A stretch of 64,000 nt of DNA from Thiogranum sp. Its GTDB lineage: Bacteria; Pseudomonadota; Gammaproteobacteria; DSM-19610. Shown one piece after another: positions 57,948 through 64,000 of this stretch. A program made the translations under genes and the position numbers. The notes below the pieces were generated by a model. It worked only from the letters and a program-made list of their open reading frames with translations, was not told the DNA's origin and ran no database searches. The stretch is from contig JASBSN010000013.1 of the NCBI GenBank assembly GCA_030148915.1, positions 8,378 to 72,377 on the forward strand, given 5' to 3'. Position 1 is the stretch's first letter. Each line of letters starts with the position of its first letter.

Positions 57948-58075
57948 GGATTGGTCCTCGCATGGTCAGCGCTGCCTCCCTCGATGTTTGTCGAAGCCAT
58001 ACTGGGCACGGTGTCTCGTGCCGGCGCCCTTGGGAGGGAACGGCAACAATCGTGACAGCGTGCCGGTGCCAAACC
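57948..58075 (-). pseudogene. diverged relic of the 3' end of the flhC-like gene
   Basis: Direct repeat of about 48843-48990, including an exact 21-mer GCATGGTCAGCGCTGCCTCCC; minus strand still ends GFDKHRGRQR-stop. Confidence 0.8.
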
Positions 58076-58129
58076 AGTGGTATAGTTCGCTGAGAATCAG
58101 CCCGAGCAGGGCTCCATTCATTTATCAGT

Positions 58130-58163
58130 TACGCCAGAATTACGCCTACGCCAAATCTACGCC
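58130..58163 (+). repeat. four TACGCC copies (possible integrase arm-type sites)
   Basis: TACGCC at 58130, 58141, 58147 and 58158, about 35-70 bp inside the att-like core. Confidence 0.6.
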
Positions 58164-58196
58164 AAGGCCCTATAAGTAATTGATGACAAATTGAGT

Positions 58197-58218
58197 ACGA
58201 CCCCGGCCCCGGGCACCA
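58197..58218 (+). other. att-like duplicated tRNA 3' end (probably tRNA-Leu)
   Basis: (TACGACC)CCGGC-CCCGGGC-A-CCA reads as a degenerate T-loop, 3' T-stem, 3' acceptor stem, discriminator and CCA; the 5' part of the tRNA is absent. Confidence 0.7.
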
Positions 58219-58567
58219 ATCGCTTCTCACGCCTTTTCCCGCTGTTAAAATCCTCGACAAAATCGGTTCAACTCCCTCATTCCGCTCTAACCTCATGAAA
58301 CTGAATTAATAACCGTTAGGTTCGCGGGTAAAAAAGTAGATATTATTTACACCGTATTACGGATATCCACAATAGCCAGTATACGGCTGGCGGGACGGGT
58401 TATTACTCGTTTAATTTACATAACTATATGAAAAATAATGTAAGATTAACCTTTATCAGCAGGGGGCGATGAGCAGCGAAAATCCATGGACCGGGCAAAA
58501 AAGACGGAAAACTTTACACTAAAATTTTTTTTCTTTTTTTAATCCTTATTATTCATGTAGATATAAA

Positions 58568-58584
58568 TTGGTATTTATCTTGCT
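58568..58584 (+). promoter_or_regulatory. sigma54 -24/-12 promoter candidate
   Basis: TTGG-TATTTATC-TTGCT has exact GG-N10-GC spacing; AT tracts upstream; about 185 bp before the 58768 ATG. Confidence 0.5.
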
Positions 58585-58767
58585 TATTGATGTGAAGTCA
58601 TCGCGAAGCGCCTTGCTGTTCGACAACGCTCAAATCGGAGCTTGTGGGCAGGCACGATGCCGGGGTTATGTATATGAAATGTTATAGCGTGTGGTCTACA
58701 CTTAACACACTATAAATAGCCCGATAATCAGGTAGCGATAGTTAGTCACAACTTTATTGGAAGGGTT

Positions 58768-59367
58768 ATGAGCAAGAATAATGAACGCAAAAGCGCCGCA
58801 CGGGGCGGGGAATTACGCAGAGGGTTGTATATTGGCTTGATCGGCTGCTTGCTGGCCGGACCGGTGTTGGCCGGTAGCGAACAGAGTGCCGTGGTGATTA
58901 CCGCCGAACAGCCGGTGATTACTGCGGAACAGCCGGTGGTTACCGTCGAATCCGGCCCCGACATTTCCCTGCGTGACACCGAGGTCGCCGCTACTGCACC
59001 TGAGTCCGAGTCGGCCTCCGCCATTCCTCAGACCGCTTTAAGAGGTGGGGGGATGCCAGGGATGCCTGAGACGGCAGCCGAATCGGCAATGATCAAAGCC
59101 GATGTTGCGTTGGCTGTTACGGGGGCGCCGGCCGTAGAGGCGGCGGTGCAGGCTCCGGTTTACAGCATGTCGGCTTCGGCCAATCCCGAGCAATACGCGC
59201 GGCCCGGAAGATTGCAGAAAGCCGCTGTTGCAGCCGATGTCGCCGGCGGCCGAGAGGCGAGCGCCGGCGCGGCGGCCGACAAAGAAGGGCCGGCCGTGCC
59301 TTATGCGCTGGTCCTGGCGTTGATCGCCCTGATTAGCTTGGTGCCAGTCTCACGTCGTAATTACTAA
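58768..59367 (+). CDS. secreted Ala-rich low-complexity protein with a PEP-CTERM-like C-terminal sorting signal
   Basis: Signal peptide (LIGCLLAGPVLA), VITAEQP tandem repeat, and C-terminal VPY-ALVLALIALISLVPV-SRR. Confidence 0.65.
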   Translation: MSKNNERKSAARGGELRRGLYIGLIGCLLAGPVLAGSEQSAVVITAEQPVITAEQPVVTVESGPDISLRDTEVAATAPESESASAIPQTALRGGGMPGMPETAAESAMIKADVALAVTGAPAVEAAVQAPVYSMSASANPEQYARPGRLQKAAVAADVAGGREASAGAAADKEGPAVPYALVLALIALISLVPVSRRNY

Positions 59368-59631
59368 ACTGTCTGCTCCGGGCGACAATCGCACGCCCGG
59401 CAGCAGGCGGCTGTTTTGATTTGGTAAAATCCCTTCGTTTAGCCCATATTTCCCGTTAAACTAATCGTTTAAGAAGCGCCCGATGATGCCGTTAGCCTGC
59501 CTGCGCGGCGGCAACCTTGTGCGGCCTGTGGCATGTGTGGCATTTGTGGCGGGGAGCATGGCGGAGAGACTAAGGACTTGCAATGGATGGTGATCCGGAC
59601 GATGCAGTAACCCTTCCCCGAATGGGCAACG

Positions 59632-61275
59632 ATGAATAACCTCCTGGCACTCGTAGCGGCAATGGCCATCAGCATGGTGCTGATACCCTTGATGTCGCGT
59701 CTGGCCCCACGCCTTGGGCTGGTGGATATCCCGAGCCAGCGCAAGGTGCACGCCGAACCCATCCCCCGCGTGGGGGGCGTCGGCATTGTCGTCGGCAGTC
59801 TGGTGCCGCTGATGCTGTTGCTGGCGCCGGATAAACTGAGTCAGTCCTATGTTTACGGCGCCTCGGTGCTGTTTCTGTTCGGGCTTTGGGATGATGTGTT
59901 TGAAATCGGGCACTACCCGAAGTTCATCGGCCAGGTTGTCGCCGCGCTGATTGTCATCCTCTACGGCGATCTGTATGTGGTGCACTTTCCTTTCGTGCCT
60001 GGCGGCGAGATTCCTGCAGAGATCGGCATCCCCTTTACGCTGATAGCCGTGGTGGGGATGATCAACGCTATCAACCATTCCGACGGCCTCGACGGTCTGG
60101 CCGGTGGTGAGTCGCTGTTCAGTCTGGGTGCGATCGGCTTATTGGCGTTTTTTGTCAGCGACGGCGAAGTGGCGCTGACCGTCGCCTTTACCGTCATCGG
60201 CGGTATTCTCGGTTTTTTGCGTTATAACACGCATCCGGCACGCGTCTTCATGGGCGATTCCGGCAGTCAGTTCATCGGTTATACGCTGGCATTTCTGGCC
60301 ATCCTGCTGACGCAGAGAGTCGACGTCAATCTCAGCCCCTCCGTGGTGGTGCTGCTGTTGGGCCTACCCATTGCCGACATTCTCGTGGTGCTGATTAAAC
60401 GGGCCCGCGGCGGTATGAACATTTTCCAGGCCACGCGCAACCACATCCATCATCGCCTGCTCGATCTCGGCTTTGTGCATCGCGAGTCGGTAATTATTAT
60501 TTATTCGCTGCAGATGATATTTGTCACCACCGGCGCCGTGCTCAGGCTGGAATCCGACTTTATTATCGTTAGCGTGTACGTGATCTATTGCCTGGCGATT
60601 TTCGGTGCCGTGAATGTCGCCGAGCACAAGGGTTGGAAACTGCACAGACAGGCGAGCAACAATCAGACCAAAGTCATGGCGCACGAAGTGCTCAAGCACG
60701 TGCTGGTGGTCATTCCGCGACGTTTTCTCGCGATCAGTATTCCGTTTTTTCTCATCGGTGCGAGCCTGTTCGTGGAAACTGTGCCCGAGGATTTCGCCAA
60801 AATGTCACTGTTGGTGGCGGCGCTGATTCTGCTCGACCTGTTCGTCGGCAGCGGGCAGCACTCACTGATGCGCCGCGCCCTGATTTACGTTATCGCCGCG
60901 CAGGTGGGGTATCTGTGGGTCACTTACCGCCCGGCTTACTGGAGCGGCTTTGCCGAGCTTGGCGAAGCGCTGTTTTTCAGTTTGATTGCGCTGGCGTTCG
61001 CCGCGGCGGTGAAGTTTTCTCCGCGGCGACGCAAGATTGAGTTTGACCTGACCGCAACCGATTATCTGGTGGCCTTCTGTCTGCTGGCGGTACTGATTAT
61101 CTCGCGCGGACACCTCTGGGGCAGCGGCAGCGTCACCTTTGTTGTGCAGATGATTATTGTGTTTTACGCCTGTGAGTTGCTGATTACGGAAAAACGCGGT
61201 GGTTGGAGCTGGCTGAGTATAGGCTCCATGCTGGCCGGTGTTGCGCTGGGGGTGCGGGGGCTGCTGTATGGCTAG
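59632..61275 (+). CDS. wecA: WecA/MraY (GT4) polyprenyl-phosphate sugar-1-phosphate transferase with extra C-terminal membrane domain
   Basis: KVH..PIPRVGG, GLWDD, INAINHSDGLDGLA, FMGDSGS and HIHHRL motifs. Confidence 0.85.
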   Translation: MNNLLALVAAMAISMVLIPLMSRLAPRLGLVDIPSQRKVHAEPIPRVGGVGIVVGSLVPLMLLLAPDKLSQSYVYGASVLFLFGLWDDVFEIGHYPKFIGQVVAALIVILYGDLYVVHFPFVPGGEIPAEIGIPFTLIAVVGMINAINHSDGLDGLAGGESLFSLGAIGLLAFFVSDGEVALTVAFTVIGGILGFLRYNTHPARVFMGDSGSQFIGYTLAFLAILLTQRVDVNLSPSVVVLLLGLPIADILVVLIKRARGGMNIFQATRNHIHHRLLDLGFVHRESVIIIYSLQMIFVTTGAVLRLESDFIIVSVYVIYCLAIFGAVNVAEHKGWKLHRQASNNQTKVMAHEVLKHVLVVIPRRFLAISIPFFLIGASLFVETVPEDFAKMSLLVAALILLDLFVGSGQHSLMRRALIYVIAAQVGYLWVTYRPAYWSGFAELGEALFFSLIALAFAAAVKFSPRRRKIEFDLTATDYLVAFCLLAVLIISRGHLWGSGSVTFVVQMIIVFYACELLITEKRGGWSWLSIGSMLAGVALGVRGLLYG

Positions 61276-62497
61276 CGCGCATCAGGCCCCGCTGGCGGCC
61301 GCTGTCAGTGATTTTCTGGTGATTGGCGCCGGCGTCATAGGGCTCAATCTGGCCCTGGAGGCCAGACGGCGTTTCCCCGACGCCAGCGTCACGCTGATTG
61401 AGAAAGAGCGCGACTGCGGCGAGCATGCCAGTGGTCGCAACAGCGGTGTGCTGCATGCGGGATTTTATTACACGGCGAACAGCCTGAAAGCGCGGCTGAC
61501 CCGCGACGGCAATCGGCGCATGGCGCGCTTTTGCGACGAACAGGGCTTGGGCATCAACCGCTGCGGCAAACTCGTGGTGGCAAAAAACGCCGATGAGTTG
61601 CCGGTGCTCGATGAGCTTATGTCCAGGGCACAGGCCAACGGCGTGGAGCTGCACAAAATCAGCGCTAAAGAGGCCGCGGAAATCGAGCCCCGGGTGCGCA
61701 CGCACGAATACGCTTTGTTTTCGCCGACCACGGCCAGCGTCGATCCGCGGCAAGTGATGGCGGCATTTGTGGCCAATGCCCGGCGGGAGGGCATTGTGAT
61801 TCGTACCAACACCCGGTACCTGGGACACAGCAATGGGGTCGTGAAAACCACCCAGGGTGATATCAGCGCAGGCTACGTGATCAACAGCGCCGGCTTGTAC
61901 GCCGATAAAATCGCCAACGGCTATGGGTTCTCGCAACACTATCGGATTCTGCCCTTCAAGGGTTTGTATCTGTATGCCAACGACAAAGCGCAGGGGCTGA
62001 GAACCAATATCTATCCGGTTCCCGATTTGCGTAATCCTTTTCTTGGTGTGCACCACACGGTAACCCTCGATGGGCGCGCCAAGATCGGGCCGACTGCCAT
62101 ACCCTGTTTCTGGCGGGAGCACTACCGGGGTCTGGAAAATTTCAGTGCCCGTGAGTTTTTGGAAGTGGTGGGGCGCGAAGCCCAGCTCTTTATCCGCAAC
62201 GACTTCGGTTTTCGCAAGCTTGCCTGGGAGGAGATGCAAAAGGCCTATCGGCCGCGTATCGTCGAGCTTGCCGGCGAACTGATTAACGATGCCAGGGCGG
62301 AGCAATATACAAAATGGGGCGCCCCCGGTATCCGTGCACAGCTATTGGATGTGCGCACGCGCAAACTGGAAATGGATTTCGTCATGGAAGGGGACGATAA
62401 GTCTTTCCACATACTGAACGCCGTGTCGCCGGCGTTCACCTGCGCCACCTCGTTCAGCGAATACGTATTTGATCAGATCAGCCGGTTAACCCACTGA
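61268..62497 (+). CDS. LhgO-like FAD-dependent oxidoreductase
   Basis: IGAGVIG, HASGRNSGVLHAGFYY, GLYADKIA, PFLGVH and GIRAQL motifs. Confidence 0.85.
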   Translation: MASAHQAPLAAAVSDFLVIGAGVIGLNLALEARRRFPDASVTLIEKERDCGEHASGRNSGVLHAGFYYTANSLKARLTRDGNRRMARFCDEQGLGINRCGKLVVAKNADELPVLDELMSRAQANGVELHKISAKEAAEIEPRVRTHEYALFSPTTASVDPRQVMAAFVANARREGIVIRTNTRYLGHSNGVVKTTQGDISAGYVINSAGLYADKIANGYGFSQHYRILPFKGLYLYANDKAQGLRTNIYPVPDLRNPFLGVHHTVTLDGRAKIGPTAIPCFWREHYRGLENFSAREFLEVVGREAQLFIRNDFGFRKLAWEEMQKAYRPRIVELAGELINDARAEQYTKWGAPGIRAQLLDVRTRKLEMDFVMEGDDKSFHILNAVSPAFTCATSFSEYVFDQISRLTH

Positions 62498-62550
62498 GCC
62501 TTTTCTATCCACCCTTATTCGGTCATTGAGATTCACAAGGAGAACCACCC

Positions 62551-63795
62551 ATGGCGGTTGAACAACGAAAATGTCGCTTTTGCGCGAGTGAACTGCAAGT
62601 TTCTGTTGCGGATTTGGGTATGTCTCCCGTGTCCAACGACAACATTAAACCGGAAAATCTGAGCGCCATGGAACCGTTTTATCCGCTGCACGCCTGGGTT
62701 TGCGAGCAGTGCTGGCTGGTTCAGTTGCAGCAATTTCAGGCGGCCGATGCCATCTTCAGCGACGAATACGCCTATTTTTCGTCGTTTTCGAAAAGCTGGC
62801 TCGAGCATGCCAGGCAATATTCACTAAAGGTCACCGAGCGATTTAATATCAACGACAGCTCCCAGGTGGTCGAAATTGCCAGTAATGACGGTTATTTGTT
62901 GAAAAATTTCAAGCAGGTCGGCGCAAAAATACTCGGTGTCGAACCCTGCGCGAATGTAGCCAAAGCGGCCGAAGAAATCGGTATCCCCTCCTTGGTCAAG
63001 TTTTTCGGGGTCAATACGGCCAAGGAAATGGTCGCAGACGGCATCCGCGCCGACTTGCTGGTCGGCAACAATGTGCTCGCGCACGTCCCGGAGCTGAATG
63101 ATTTTGTCGAAGGGATGAAAATACTGCTATCACCCGAGGGAATTATCACCATGGAATTCCCGCACCTTAAAAAGTTAATCGAATACAACCAGTTTGACAC
63201 CATTTATCACGAGCACTTCTCCTACTTCTCGTTGGTGACCGTGGAAAAAGTGTTTGCCGCTCACGGACTGGTGATCTTCGACGTGGAGGAAATTCCCACC
63301 CACGGTGGTTCCCTGCGCATCTATGCCCGACATGAAGCAAACCCGTCCCGGCCCGTGCTCGATGCGGTAAACGCGCTGCGCGAGCTGGAGATACAGGCGG
63401 GTTTTACCGATCGCGAGATATATGCAAGCTATGCCGAAAAGGTAAAAGAAACCAAACGCAAATTGCTCTCTTTTCTTATCGAGGCGAAAAATCAGGGCAA
63501 AACGATCGCCGGCTATGGAGCGCCCGCCAAGGGCAATACGTTGCTAAATTTCTGCGGTGTCCGCAACGATTTCGTCGATTACACGGTGGATTTGAGCCCG
63601 CACAAGCAGGGGCTTTTTCTACCCGGCACCCATCTGCCTATTTATTCTCCGGAACAGATAAAAGAGACCAAGCCGGATTATCTGCTGATATTACCCTGGA
63701 ACCTCAAAGAAGAAATCATGCAGCAGATGGATTTTATCCGCGACTGGGGCGGTAAGTTCGTCGTGCCTATTCCGCAGCTGCAGGTGTGCGATTGA
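62551..63795 (+). CDS. SAM-dependent NDP-sugar C-methyltransferase
   Basis: N-terminal CRFC Zn site; EIASNDGYLL, QFDTIYHEH, GYGAPAKGNTLLN and LILPWN motifs. Confidence 0.9.
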   Translation: MAVEQRKCRFCASELQVSVADLGMSPVSNDNIKPENLSAMEPFYPLHAWVCEQCWLVQLQQFQAADAIFSDEYAYFSSFSKSWLEHARQYSLKVTERFNINDSSQVVEIASNDGYLLKNFKQVGAKILGVEPCANVAKAAEEIGIPSLVKFFGVNTAKEMVADGIRADLLVGNNVLAHVPELNDFVEGMKILLSPEGIITMEFPHLKKLIEYNQFDTIYHEHFSYFSLVTVEKVFAAHGLVIFDVEEIPTHGGSLRIYARHEANPSRPVLDAVNALRELEIQAGFTDREIYASYAEKVKETKRKLLSFLIEAKNQGKTIAGYGAPAKGNTLLNFCGVRNDFVDYTVDLSPHKQGLFLPGTHLPIYSPEQIKETKPDYLLILPWNLKEEIMQQMDFIRDWGGKFVVPIPQLQVCD

Positions 63796-63829
63796 GCCAC
63801 TGTATAGATATCGAAATTCGAGGTGACAC

Positions 63830-64000
63830 ATGTCCGACGCAGCGGGTTCTCCCATAGCCGTACAAGCGGGAGAAAAAATGTACGACTTGGTAAAGGAGCT
63901 ATACCCCATCTGTCGCAGTATCACCGGGGACGGGGTACGCCTGACCCTGGATATCATCAAGCAACGGATCCCGCTGACCGTTCATGAGGTGCCCAGTGGA
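63830..64000 (+). CDS. DUF4910-domain (aminopeptidase-like) protein, 3'-partial
   Basis: MSDAAG...ELYPICRSITGDGVRLTLDIIKQRIPLTVHEVPSG runs off the window end. Confidence 0.8.
   Translation, partial: MSDAAGSPIAVQAGEKMYDLVKELYPICRSITGDGVRLTLDIIKQRIPLTVHEVPSG

Larger units (their letters stand above)
14000..58218. mobile_element. left-truncated PFGI-1-like integrative conjugative element / defence island (left boundary approximate)
   Basis: ICE core genes at 14.1-19.0 kb, lower-GC defence cargo, FlhDC-like regulators, and a tRNA 3'-end att-like site at 58197-58218. No integrase or relaxase in the window. Confidence 0.65.

Noticed and set aside
59380-59630. ops/JUMPStart element or second sigma54 site before wecA
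   Set aside because: No GGCGGTAG and no GG-N10-GC match found.
1-64000. CRISPR array, rRNA or intact tRNA
   Set aside because: No regularly spaced repeats or full RNA-gene structures were seen; only a tRNA 3' fragment at 58197-58218.

Overview
The window has three blocks. (1) 1-13.96 kb is GC-rich chromosome: the 3' part of a BatD-like gene, then a translationally coupled minus-strand operon for cobalamin uptake and late-stage assembly (btuB-btuM-cobO-cobB-bluB-btuF-like-cbiB-cobD-cobQ-cobU-cobT-cobC-cobS). The operon is headed by a cobalamin riboswitch and a sigma70 promoter. (2) About 14.0-58.2 kb is a left-truncated integrative conjugative element (ICE). It has five PFGI-1-type core genes but no integrase, relaxase, coupling protein or VirB4 in view, and it ends at a tRNA-3'-end att-like site (58197-58218). 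Its cargo is a dense defence island: an unassigned coupled operon (XRE regulator, sacsin-like ATPase/DUF3883 nuclease, NERD-SF1 helicase, UDG-superfamily protein), a MADS-type methylation system with two methyltransferases (NPPF and NPWF), and a SPARTA (TIR-APAZ plus short Argonaute) pair. After these come an intact IS481, an FlhDC-like activator module, a divergent HEXXH-peptidase/XRE pair and two tandem RoxA-like di-heme cytochromes. (3) 58.2-64 kb is chromosome again: a sigma54-type promoter, a secreted low-complexity protein with a PEP-CTERM-like tail, and the start of a surface-polysaccharide cluster (WecA-like, LhgO-like, sugar C-methyltransferase, DUF4910). The best candidate for an undescribed system is the 19.4-27.1 kb operon. 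All calls come from motif recognition by eye; no searches were run.
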